Both the position numbers and the translations under genes were made by a program. From NCBI GenBank assembly GCA_038869175.1, contig JAWCRP010000001.1:1-37522 (forward strand): a stretch of DNA of 37,522 nucleotides, written 5' to 3'. Source of the stretch: Candidatus Nitrosotenuis sp. Lineage in GTDB: Archaea > Thermoproteota > Nitrososphaeria > Nitrososphaerales > Nitrosopumilaceae. Of this stretch, positions 19,288-28,040 are shown piece by piece (positions within the stretch are counted from its first letter, which is position 1; the number at the start of each line of letters is the position of its first letter). Under the pieces are notes generated by a model. It was not told where the DNA came from. It did not search any database and was given only the letters and a program-made list of their open reading frames with translations.

Positions 19288-19578
19288 ATGTCTGACGACA
19301 AAAAAATAGTGGAAACCCTTTTTGATCCGAACGTCTCAATAATACTTGCAGAACTTGAGCACGGACCAAAAGAATCAAGCCAGCTTGCGCAAACACTTGG
19401 AATCTCAGAACAAGAGATAGGCAGCAGGCTGTCCTATCTTATCAATTCCGGCATCGTCCGCCTTGAAAGTGCCGCATACTCGGTAGATTCCGAAAGGATT
19501 GCCAAGATAATGGAAAACGATGAAAACTACAAGGGGGTAGTTGACGGCCTAACAGAGCTGGACAGCTATCTTAACTAG
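19288..19578 (+). CDS. Small winged helix-turn-helix protein
   Basis: ILAELEHGPK..SQLAQTLGIS...IGSRLSYL...GIV pattern (ArsR-like wHTH); starts 6 nt after the vWA gene. Confidence 0.7.
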   Translation: MSDDKKIVETLFDPNVSIILAELEHGPKESSQLAQTLGISEQEIGSRLSYLINSGIVRLESAAYSVDSERIAKIMENDENYKGVVDGLTELDSYLN

Positions 19579-20074
19579 TCCGCTTCCTTGTCTTTACTGC
19601 ATAAATGACTGCTATGCCAACACCTACAAAGCCACACAGTATTGCAGCCTGACCAAATATGTTGAGCGCAATTACCGACTTGTCTGGCATGTGGGCAAGC
19701 CCTACAAGTGCGCGTACCTCTTGCGAATCAGAGTTTTCCAACACCAGGCGGTGCTCGCCCCTACTTGTTACCCTAAATTGCTCTTCAGTGGAATCTGAGT
19801 CTATCTTCTTTGCCACAATCTGGCTGCCAAAAGGATCAAAAACCCTTGCAGTCATCTTACCGCCTTGCGCCGTTGTATGAACTACAAAGACTCCAGTATC
19901 GCTTATTGCCGGATCAAGCTCGCGCGTTACCTCAACTGGTGTTGACACGCTTGACTGCCCCTCAGAGATTGAGACGCCTTGGGATATCATAGATGAGCCG
20001 GTATAGGAGATTATCATGCCTACTGCGACAAGGCCGCCTGCAATGAAGATCATAAGATGAGATTTTTTCATCAT
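19571..20074 (-). CDS. Hypothetical membrane protein (N- and C-terminal TM helices flanking a beta-rich domain)
   Basis: Hydrophobic segments LMIFIAGGLVAVGMIISY and AAILCGFVGVGIAVIYAV followed by a basic tail. Confidence 0.7.
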   Translation of the reverse strand: MMKKSHLMIFIAGGLVAVGMIISYTGSSMISQGVSISEGQSSVSTPVEVTRELDPAISDTGVFVVHTTAQGGKMTARVFDPFGSQIVAKKIDSDSTEEQFRVTSRGEHRLVLENSDSQEVRALVGLAHMPDKSVIALNIFGQAAILCGFVGVGIAVIYAVKTRKRTS

Positions 20075-20128
20075 CCATCAGATTTTTGATGCTATATATT
20101 GAGTTGTTCTTTTTTGGCGGCTGCGTAA

Positions 20129-20174
20129 AAAGTTAGCCTTCTCTAATAAATTTAGCCTAGGCTAACTTTAAATA
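20129..20174. promoter_or_regulatory. Tandem palindromic operators (TTAG-N6-CTAA) abutting the TATA box of the multicopper oxidase-ZIP operon
   Basis: TTAGCCTTCTCTAA at 20133-20146, perfect palindrome TTAGCCTAGGCTAA at 20152-20165, and TTTAAATA at 20167-20174. Confidence 0.7.
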
Positions 20175-20203
20175 AACAAAAAATATACCATACAATACAC
20201 AAG

Positions 20204-21223
20204 TTGAAGCCGTTTTCAAAGATGACATTTGTACTAGTAGTAACTGCGATCGTAACTACTTTGTACTTTGCGTATCCGCTTACATCCGATGCCGACAAGC
20301 AGGAGAAGACATTTGTAACGCACAACGGCATGGTAGTCCGCACAACGGGCGAGATACTTGATCCAGTATACCTGCCACAGACAGTTGAGATAGACCCGGA
20401 CAAGTACCTGCGGGAGTTCAACTACGGACGCGTATCGCAACTTGCAGACGGGACGACTCTTCGCGAATTTACGATAATTGCCAGAGACGATCAGATAATG
20501 GAGATATCGCCTGGCGTATACTACAATGTGTGGACGTTTAACAACACCGTTCCCGGCCCTACAATTAGGGCAACTCAGGGGGATCTTGTGCGAGTGCACT
20601 TTATCAACGAGGGCAACAAGCCGCACACAATACACTTTCACGGAGTACATGAGGCAAACATGGATGGTGTCTTTGAGATAGTAGGACCAGGTGGAGGGCG
20701 CTTTACATACGAGTTCTACGCTGATCCGGTCGGCGTACACCCATACCACTGCCACGTAATGCCGCTTGAGGAGCACATCTCGCACGGCTTGTACGGGGTG
20801 TATATTGTGGATCCAAAGGAGCCAAGGCCAAAGGCAGACGAGATGGTGATGGTTCTCAACGGCCTTGACACCGACTTTGACATGGAAAATAACTTTTACG
20901 CTGCAAACACAATTCCTTTTTACTATCAACACCATCCAATCAAGATAAAGCAACACGAGCTTGTGAGAATCTATGTAGTCAACATGCTCGAGTTTGATCA
21001 GATAAACAACTTTCATCTTCACGGTAACCTGTACCACTACTATCCTACAGGAACATACACTGTTCCAAGTATGTTCACCGACATGATAACTCTCTCACAG
21101 GGCGAGCGCGGCATAATGGAGTTTGAATATACATATCCTGGCAAGTACCTCTTCCATGCCCACAAGACAGAGTTTGCAGAAAAAGGCTGGGTCGGCCTAT
21201 TTCTAGTCGAGGAGGCGTCCTAG
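20204..21223 (+). CDS. Two-domain multicopper oxidase with an N-terminal signal/anchor
   Basis: PGPTIRATQGD, HTIHFHG, YHCH...H, FHLHG and FHAH (four HxH motifs); hydrophobic N-terminus. Confidence 0.92.
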   Translation: MKPFSKMTFVLVVTAIVTTLYFAYPLTSDADKQEKTFVTHNGMVVRTTGEILDPVYLPQTVEIDPDKYLREFNYGRVSQLADGTTLREFTIIARDDQIMEISPGVYYNVWTFNNTVPGPTIRATQGDLVRVHFINEGNKPHTIHFHGVHEANMDGVFEIVGPGGGRFTYEFYADPVGVHPYHCHVMPLEEHISHGLYGVYIVDPKEPRPKADEMVMVLNGLDTDFDMENNFYAANTIPFYYQHHPIKIKQHELVRIYVVNMLEFDQINNFHLHGNLYHYYPTGTYTVPSMFTDMITLSQGERGIMEFEYTYPGKYLFHAHKTEFAEKGWVGLFLVEEAS

Positions 21224-22387
21224 TTGGAGGTAAAGACATCAAAGGCAAAGCTTGTCGCAAGTGGCCTCATACCGCTGGCACTGCTGGGAGTGATGATATT
21301 TTACATATTCGGACCCGGCTCTGACCTATTGGAATTTGGAGTAGCGCTTCCGAAGATAACTATGGAGCGCATTGACTTTGTCGACTCGGAGATTCAAGTA
21401 CTAGTAAGAAACACAGGACCGATTCCCGTGTCGATAGCGCAGGCAGATATCAACGATAGAATCCAGCCTGCAGCAATAGAGCCTGGAAGAAACCTTGAAC
21501 GATTTGAGACGGCAAAGGTACGAATTCCTTACCTGTGGAATGAGGCGGAACCCTACGAGATAGGTCTTACACTAAGCGATGGAACGCGCTTTGCAACCTT
21601 TGTTGAGGCAGCAGCCCCGGCACTCAAGCCGAGCACAGATCTTGTAGTGTACTTTGCAATTATAGGAACTTATGTTGGAATTCTCCCTGTGATGATTGGC
21701 CTTTTGTGGTTCCCGTTCATATCGCGTCTGAGTGCTGCCAAGTACACGTTCTTTTTGGCAATAACGGTCGGTCTTTTGATATTTCTTGGAATCGATACCA
21801 TAGAGGAGGCACTTGAGATATCCTCAACGCGCCTTGCCGGCGTATTCAACGGCCAGCTGCTTGTCGCAACGGTGGTAGTATCGTCATTTATCGGATTGTA
21901 TTATGTCTCAGAAAAGCTCATCAGCAAAAAGTATGCCAACATCTCCAAATCAGTGGCAATCGCACTCATGGTCTCAATTGGAATAGGGCTGCACAACTTT
22001 GGCGAAGGACTTGCAATAGGTGCTGCAATAGGACTTGGCGAGGTTGCACTGAGTACATTTCTGATAATCGGGTTTACCTTACACAACACTACGGAAGGCC
22101 TTGCGATTGCGGCCCCGATGGCAAGACAAAAACCCATGATAGGCAAACTTGCAGCAATGGGATTAATTGCCGGCACCCCAGCAATATTTGGGGCATGGAT
22201 GGGCGGCTTTGACTACTCACCGCTATCTGCAATCATATTTCTCTCAGTTGGGGCTGGCGCAATATTTCAGGTGGTAGTCTCGATCCTCAACTGGGTAAAA
22301 CAGGATCAAAAAATAATGTCTGCACCAGTTGCCGCCGGAATTGCAGTTGGCATGATAATTATGTATGTGACAAGCATCATCATCTAG
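21224..22387 (+). CDS. ZIP family divalent metal transporter with an N-terminal extracellular domain
   Basis: IGLHNFGEGLAIG and LHNTTEGLAI transport-site motifs; multiple TM helices. Confidence 0.92.
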   Translation: MEVKTSKAKLVASGLIPLALLGVMIFYIFGPGSDLLEFGVALPKITMERIDFVDSEIQVLVRNTGPIPVSIAQADINDRIQPAAIEPGRNLERFETAKVRIPYLWNEAEPYEIGLTLSDGTRFATFVEAAAPALKPSTDLVVYFAIIGTYVGILPVMIGLLWFPFISRLSAAKYTFFLAITVGLLIFLGIDTIEEALEISSTRLAGVFNGQLLVATVVVSSFIGLYYVSEKLISKKYANISKSVAIALMVSIGIGLHNFGEGLAIGAAIGLGEVALSTFLIIGFTLHNTTEGLAIAAPMARQKPMIGKLAAMGLIAGTPAIFGAWMGGFDYSPLSAIIFLSVGAGAIFQVVVSILNWVKQDQKIMSAPVAAGIAVGMIIMYVTSIII

Positions 22388-23742
22388 AACGGCTCTGGGT
22401 GTATTGTAATGACAGAGTTCTTAAAATGACTGCGCAGATCGTGCTCTATCTGCGTTGTGAGATCGTGCACGCGCTCTATGCTAAGGTTACCATCAAATGA
22501 GCAACTGATGTCTATTTTCACCAAGTCTCCGTAGCTTAGCGTGACTATCTTTCCGATCCTTCTTACTTCGATGTGTTCCTTTAGTATGGCTGCAATCTTT
22601 TCGTCTGCCGTGCTGAACTCTGTCATGTCACTTGGTATGGCAATATGCGGTTCTAGGTGAATTGTGATGTTCTCTATTTCTGGCATCTGTTGGCGTATTC
22701 TATCCTCTATGGTGTCTGCAAGATTGTGAGCATCTTGCAGGCTCATGCTTCCATCCACCATTACGTGCAGGCTGACAAACTTGGCCCCCTTTGTGACATG
22801 ATGTGAGACGTTGTGAATTCCCTTAATGCCTGCAACACCTGATGCGATTTCGTAGATCTTGGCGTTTATTGGAACATCCTTCCAGCTTGGCTCAAAGTGT
22901 ACAGTTATCTCTGAATTTGGAATCGATCTTTTGATATTGTCCTCAACATTACTACTTATCTCATGCGCTCTCTCAAAACTGACATCTGCTCTAAGGGATA
23001 TTGTGACGTCGGCAAATACGCCGTCCCCCGACTTGCGCATTAATACATCTCCGACACCAGTTACGCCATCAGTAGATCTTGCAATCTCCCTTACATCCTT
23101 TACCAACTGTGGTGAGATAGTATCGGTCAGCTCCTGTGCGGTGCGCCAGACAAGCTTTAAGCTGAGAACGCACAACAGAACACCTAGAACTAGGGCTGCA
23201 GCAAAATCAGCATCATAAATCCCCATGTTTGCAAGAACTATTCCTGCCACCACAACAAGCGTGGAGCCAAGATCCATGAACGCATGATAAAAGTCGGCCC
23301 TGACTGTAGAGCCGCCGATACTTTTCAATGCCCTCCTCAACAGAACGATTCTGAAAATATCGATTCCAATTGTATAGAATGCAGCGCCAAGTGCAAATAG
23401 GCCTGGCACCGATGTATGTTCTGGACTTTGAATTCTAGTTATGGCCTCGTATATGAAAAATATAGCAATCAGAAATATCGAAATTCCGCCTATCATTCCT
23501 CCAAGCGACTCTACTTTTCCATGTCCGTAGGTGTGTTCTGCATCAGGGGGCTTGATTGCATATCGTGCAGCCAAAAGGAGTACCATGGTGACTACGCCAT
23601 CAAGCAATGCATGAATGCTGTCAGTTAATAGCGCAAGACTGCCGGAAATTATTCCAAATACAAACTCTACTACAAATGCCGACAGTATTGCGCCAAGCGA
23701 TATCTTTAGGACTCCAGTCCTCTGGGAAAGCAGATTCATCAA
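22384..23742 (-). CDS. Cation diffusion facilitator (FieF-like) with three C-terminal domains
   Basis: SLALLTDSIHALLD, PPDAEHTYGHGKVE and HAFMD motifs; three C-terminal repeats ending VHFEP, IHLEP and IHPEP. Confidence 0.92.
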   Translation of the reverse strand: MMNLLSQRTGVLKISLGAILSAFVVEFVFGIISGSLALLTDSIHALLDGVVTMVLLLAARYAIKPPDAEHTYGHGKVESLGGMIGGISIFLIAIFFIYEAITRIQSPEHTSVPGLFALGAAFYTIGIDIFRIVLLRRALKSIGGSTVRADFYHAFMDLGSTLVVVAGIVLANMGIYDADFAAALVLGVLLCVLSLKLVWRTAQELTDTISPQLVKDVREIARSTDGVTGVGDVLMRKSGDGVFADVTISLRADVSFERAHEISSNVEDNIKRSIPNSEITVHFEPSWKDVPINAKIYEIASGVAGIKGIHNVSHHVTKGAKFVSLHVMVDGSMSLQDAHNLADTIEDRIRQQMPEIENITIHLEPHIAIPSDMTEFSTADEKIAAILKEHIEVRRIGKIVTLSYGDLVKIDISCSFDGNLSIERVHDLTTQIEHDLRSHFKNSVITIHPEPF

Positions 23743-23829
23743 AACAGTATGTGGACAGCTTCTAATAATTCAACTTACGGACAACTGATGCGATAACGTT
23801 ATTTTCGACAAGCCCCAAAATACGTCAAA

Positions 23830-26799
23830 TTGAACGCTCTTTTGCTATTATTGCCAGCATTAGTACTCATCCCGCTAGCATCGGAAGCATATGCGGCAAA
23901 CCCAAACCTGTATGTGTCGGCAGAAAATCCGCAATATGGAAACCACTTTGCAGGCTCGATGGTGGTGGAAGTGGTGGTAAGCGATGCTGCGCTCTCAGAC
24001 ACCGGGGAAGGCAAGGGCGAGCCAAACGTTACCGTTAATGGAAAGACATTGAGGATGGTGCAAGCAACTGATGGCAGATGGTACGGATACTTTGCCAATT
24101 CTGCCAAGGCCAGAATTGCGGATGCGACGGTGACGATGGAAGGCAAAGGACTTGACTTTGGCCAATTCTGTGCCAGAGAGACATCGTCACTTGGTGTGTC
24201 ATTTACACAGACTGACGGAATCGCAGTGCCAAGAAATATCAGCGGTGGAACAAACGGCAATTCTGGATTTGGTGCATGCACGGGAGTACCGTCTGGCAAC
24301 ATAATCAACAACGTAGTTAGATATCCAAGATCGATTAACACAAACCCAAACATACCTTCAGGACAGATAGGACTTGATCCGGCAGCATGGCCGATAATTC
24401 AGCTTTACTCTTTTAGCAGCAACGTCGTCATACAGTATAGCGGAGCAGGTGGCACACAAAGCGTCACACTACAATACAACGACATACCAAACATCTCACT
24501 TGAGCTTGACAGACCGGCGTATCCGCCAGGCTCTGAGGTATTTGCAACAATCAGGGACATGCAGCTGAACCAGGATCCTACTGCAAGAGACTCGTGGACC
24601 TTTAATGTCGCCTCACCTCATGCAGTATTTTATGGTGCCTTTACGGAGAACGGAGACAACGCGGCAAGCCAAACACCAGGACTTGCAAACATAGAGTCCA
24701 AGCTGTCAAATATTGGATTTTCCAAAAACGGCAAACTCACTATGAGTCTTGGAAACATACTGCAGCTAAAACAAAACCAATTCCAGTCTGCAACCGCAAG
24801 TGACACTTTTACCATTTACGATAAGATTGTGACGTTTGTGGAGACGGAGCCAAACTCTGGCATTTTTATGACTGCCGATTATACCAATACATCAAACATA
24901 GGAGTTCTTTCTAGTGCTCCAAGGGGACAGGCAGCATCAATTCAGTACAACTCTAAATCAACATCGATTCTCTCCGGTCTTGCAACTGCAACCATCTCGC
25001 TTGGTACAACTCAGCTACAGCCAGGACAAAAGGTGCCACTTAGCGTAACTGACCAAAACCAGAACACAAACAACGGCGTAAGGGAAATACTTGACGTCTC
25101 AAAAAGCTCAACTATAATTCCAACACTCGTAATAGGTGAGCCTCTCACTCTCCGTGGTGCAGGCAGCGTCAAAGTCTATCTGAACTCTGCAGACAGCCTT
25201 GCGGCAGGAACTGCCATTCCATCATCGGTTCCGGACCTAAAATCCGCACGCCTATTTCTTGATGCAAGGTCCGTACCAAGCCAGAGCTTTGAAAAGATGT
25301 CAGTCAATCTCAATGTAGGGGCTCAGCAACTGAACAATCTTTTGATAAACACGTCATCGCAAAACAACATTGGAACCAACTGGGTAAACTATGACTTTAG
25401 ATCACTTGAGCAACTTGGAATTTCCGACTATACTGATACATCAATTCAGCTTTTCTTTGGATTAGGTGACACAAGCCCGGTGACTCTTGTTCCGGCAGGC
25501 CAGATGACAGGTGCAAGGGGGCTCATACAGATACCTGATGGCGCAGTTGCCGCAATAAACTCCAAGTCTGGAGCCGCATTTTTGGTAGTAAACTTTGATG
25601 CATCAAACAACTCTTCTCCCCAAGGCGCAATCTCTTCAGAGTCTGATACACAACCAATAGTCTTTGATATATTCTCGTTTGGACAAAAGAGTGAGACTAG
25701 TATCAACAACGCAATTTACAGATTTGAGCTGCGCGAGACGACTGCAAGCTCTGCTACATTTTCAGGAACCGTTGAATACGTGATGGCAAGTCAGCTCAAC
25801 CAATCTGATCCAAACCTGATCAAAACACTGCGTCCAATAAGTGAGGACGTAAAATTCTTTGTCAACCAGAGACTAGTAGATGAGAGGGGAGTTAACATAT
25901 CGTATTCCGATCTTGATGCAACCGGTACCATCACCGCAGTCTCGACAAAAACTGACATACAAAGTCACACTGGCACTGTCACACTTGGCGGCGGCACAAT
26001 AAGATTCGGATCTACAGTAACGGTGGTACTAGTGGATCCAGATCTTAATGTCAATAACAACGCAATCGATACATACTCTGTAATCAATGATCCAACATCT
26101 CCGTATGCGGACGCAGTCGGCGGCCAAGGCGGCAAACTACTCGAAGTAATGATAAAAGGAATACCGTACAAACGATGCACTATAAACGGAGTGGAACATG
26201 GGGGGCTTGGTGCTACTGGCTTTGCTCTTGTAGAGACGGGGCCAAATACAGGCAGATTTGAGGGCACATTCAAGATGCCATCTCAGATATGCAACGAACG
26301 CGGAACGGAACTCATTTCTGCTGCAGGCGGAATAATTGATGTGCGATATTACGACTTTAGGGACTCGATGGGACAACCACGTACAATCACACTGTCGCGA
26401 GCAGAGCAAGTACCAACGCAACCAACACCTGTTCCACAACCAACGCCGCAACCAACACCACCGCCTGCCCAAACGACACCTGTTCCAACAATGCCAAAGA
26501 TACCTACAACAAAGATCTTCTCACTGCCGCAGGCAGGCAAGACAACTGAGATATTTCTCACAGGAAAGATCCACAATTACGTGGAGGGAACAAAGATCGA
26601 AATGTTGGTAACTGCGCCAGACGGAAAGACCACCAAGATTGAGGTGACTGCAACAAAACAAGGAAACTACAAGGCCGCAATTGCACTAAAGAACGACTCA
26701 CCAACTGGAAGATATACAATAGATACAATGTATCAAAACTACCAAGTTGGCAAACTTGCATTCGGCGTAGCCGATTTTCGCTCAATTCTTAATCGATGA
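23830..26799 (+). CDS. Large secreted protein homologous to the thaumarchaeal S-layer protein, with a Pro/Thr linker and C-terminal Ig-like domain
   Basis: Signal peptide ending AYA; N-terminus ANPNLYVSAEN...GEPNVTVNGKTLRMVQATDGRWYGYFA resembles AOA S-layer proteins (from recall); repeated ETxPNxGxF motifs. Confidence 0.75.
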   Translation: MNALLLLLPALVLIPLASEAYAANPNLYVSAENPQYGNHFAGSMVVEVVVSDAALSDTGEGKGEPNVTVNGKTLRMVQATDGRWYGYFANSAKARIADATVTMEGKGLDFGQFCARETSSLGVSFTQTDGIAVPRNISGGTNGNSGFGACTGVPSGNIINNVVRYPRSINTNPNIPSGQIGLDPAAWPIIQLYSFSSNVVIQYSGAGGTQSVTLQYNDIPNISLELDRPAYPPGSEVFATIRDMQLNQDPTARDSWTFNVASPHAVFYGAFTENGDNAASQTPGLANIESKLSNIGFSKNGKLTMSLGNILQLKQNQFQSATASDTFTIYDKIVTFVETEPNSGIFMTADYTNTSNIGVLSSAPRGQAASIQYNSKSTSILSGLATATISLGTTQLQPGQKVPLSVTDQNQNTNNGVREILDVSKSSTIIPTLVIGEPLTLRGAGSVKVYLNSADSLAAGTAIPSSVPDLKSARLFLDARSVPSQSFEKMSVNLNVGAQQLNNLLINTSSQNNIGTNWVNYDFRSLEQLGISDYTDTSIQLFFGLGDTSPVTLVPAGQMTGARGLIQIPDGAVAAINSKSGAAFLVVNFDASNNSSPQGAISSESDTQPIVFDIFSFGQKSETSINNAIYRFELRETTASSATFSGTVEYVMASQLNQSDPNLIKTLRPISEDVKFFVNQRLVDERGVNISYSDLDATGTITAVSTKTDIQSHTGTVTLGGGTIRFGSTVTVVLVDPDLNVNNNAIDTYSVINDPTSPYADAVGGQGGKLLEVMIKGIPYKRCTINGVEHGGLGATGFALVETGPNTGRFEGTFKMPSQICNERGTELISAAGGIIDVRYYDFRDSMGQPRTITLSRAEQVPTQPTPVPQPTPQPTPPPAQTTPVPTMPKIPTTKIFSLPQAGKTTEIFLTGKIHNYVEGTKIEMLVTAPDGKTTKIEVTATKQGNYKAAIALKNDSPTGRYTIDTMYQNYQVGKLAFGVADFRSILNR
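26407..26510 (+). repeat. Low-complexity Pro/Thr/Gln linker repeats
   Basis: Encodes QVPTQPTPVPQPTPQPTPPPAQTTPVPTMPKIPTT with recurring CAACCAAC units. Confidence 0.75.
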
Positions 26800-26909
26800 C
26801 CAAAAAACTCTATTACTACCTTGTCAACTAGGTTCAAGAAAAGTATAATCAAGTCAATTTTTCTTTCATAGAATACATAAATACCCTGAAAGGTTGTACA
26901 AGCCTAGAA

Positions 26910-28010
26910 ATGAGAATAATTGGATGGGTTTCACTGTTATCTTTGATCATAATTTCACTTGGCGCCGTCACCGCGTATGCACAATTGGTTTTAGATGATG
27001 ACGATCATAGACTCCAGCTGCCTCTTGCAGTCTGGACCGATCTTCCTTTGTATGATGCCGGTGATCCGGTCGTCTTTAGGGGTCACGTCAAAACTCTAGA
27101 TACAAACAACCTAATTGACGTTACAATCCGGGTTGTTGGGCCTTTGGTGAATGGCACTTCTACCAATATAGTTCAGGTAAAACAGATAAAGCCGCAACTT
27201 GACGGCTATTTCCAGGATTCCTTCTTTGTTTCAGGCCCTCTGTGGACAAAGAAGGGAGATTACAAAATTATAGCTAATTATGGACCTCAAAAGGCAGAAA
27301 CCACATTCTTCTACAATGGCGGAACAGGAGACCCAATCATATCCAGACCGCCACCGCAAATAAAATGTGGACCAAACGAGGTACTTCAGAATAACGTATG
27401 TGTTCCATTAGAGCCGCAAAGACCAGTATGTGGCGTAGGAACTGTATATGATCCAGCTACTAATACATGCATAGTTGCGCCTCCACCAGAGTGTCCTCCA
27501 GGACAAGTACTATCAGGTGGCAAGTGCATTGACAAAGAGCCAGAGCCACAAAAACCAGTTTGTGGCCCTGGAACTGTGGCAAATGCACAAGGCATATGTG
27601 TGCCAGTTCAGCAACCTGATGAAAAGAAGGGATGCCTTATTGCAACTGCAGCCTTTGGCTCTGAGCTTGCACCACAAGTCCAGCTCCTAAGAGAGGTAAG
27701 AGACAACGTGTTACTTGGCACCAGCTCCGGAACCGGCTTTATGACGACGTTCAATGCGTTCTACTACTCATTTAGCCCAACTATAGCTGACTGGGAAAGA
27801 GACAGCCCGATATTCAAGGAAGTGGTAAAGACTGCAATCACGCCAATGCTCTCGACACTGTCGATACTCAACTACGTTGACATTGACTCTGAAAGCGAGA
27901 TGCTAGGATACGGAATCGGTATCATCCTGCTCAACATAGGCATGTACTTTGTAGTTCCGGCAGTAGTGATAATCAAAGTAAGGGATCTTTTGAGAAAAAA
28001 GTCCCCCTAA
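26910..28010 (+). CDS. CFI-box-CTERM surface protein: signal peptide, Ig-like domain, four Cys-pair repeats and C-terminal anchor
   Basis: GCLIATAAFGSELAPQVQLLREVRD...FYYSFSP...TM helix plus basic tail; signal peptide ending AYA. Confidence 0.88.
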   Translation: MRIIGWVSLLSLIIISLGAVTAYAQLVLDDDDHRLQLPLAVWTDLPLYDAGDPVVFRGHVKTLDTNNLIDVTIRVVGPLVNGTSTNIVQVKQIKPQLDGYFQDSFFVSGPLWTKKGDYKIIANYGPQKAETTFFYNGGTGDPIISRPPPQIKCGPNEVLQNNVCVPLEPQRPVCGVGTVYDPATNTCIVAPPPECPPGQVLSGGKCIDKEPEPQKPVCGPGTVANAQGICVPVQQPDEKKGCLIATAAFGSELAPQVQLLREVRDNVLLGTSSGTGFMTTFNAFYYSFSPTIADWERDSPIFKEVVKTAITPMLSTLSILNYVDIDSESEMLGYGIGIILLNIGMYFVVPAVVIIKVRDLLRKKSP

Positions 28011-28040
28011 GAATATAAACGCCGAAACTTTACCTAATTC

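Noticed and set aside
20204-21223. Calling the copper protein NirK
   Set aside because: Four intact HxH motifs indicate a trinuclear-cluster oxidase rather than a nitrite reductase.
21221-21226. In-frame TAG between MCO and ZIP suggesting readthrough to a fusion (likewise ipk-idi at 5263-5268)
   Set aside because: Each downstream gene has its own start codon straight after the stop, zero-gap junctions are common here, and no pyrrolysine machinery is visible.
23793-23802. 10-bp palindrome ATAACGTTAT between the CDF and S-layer-like genes
   Set aside because: It is short and AT-rich, overlaps the likely TATA region and has no second copy, so it is plausibly chance.
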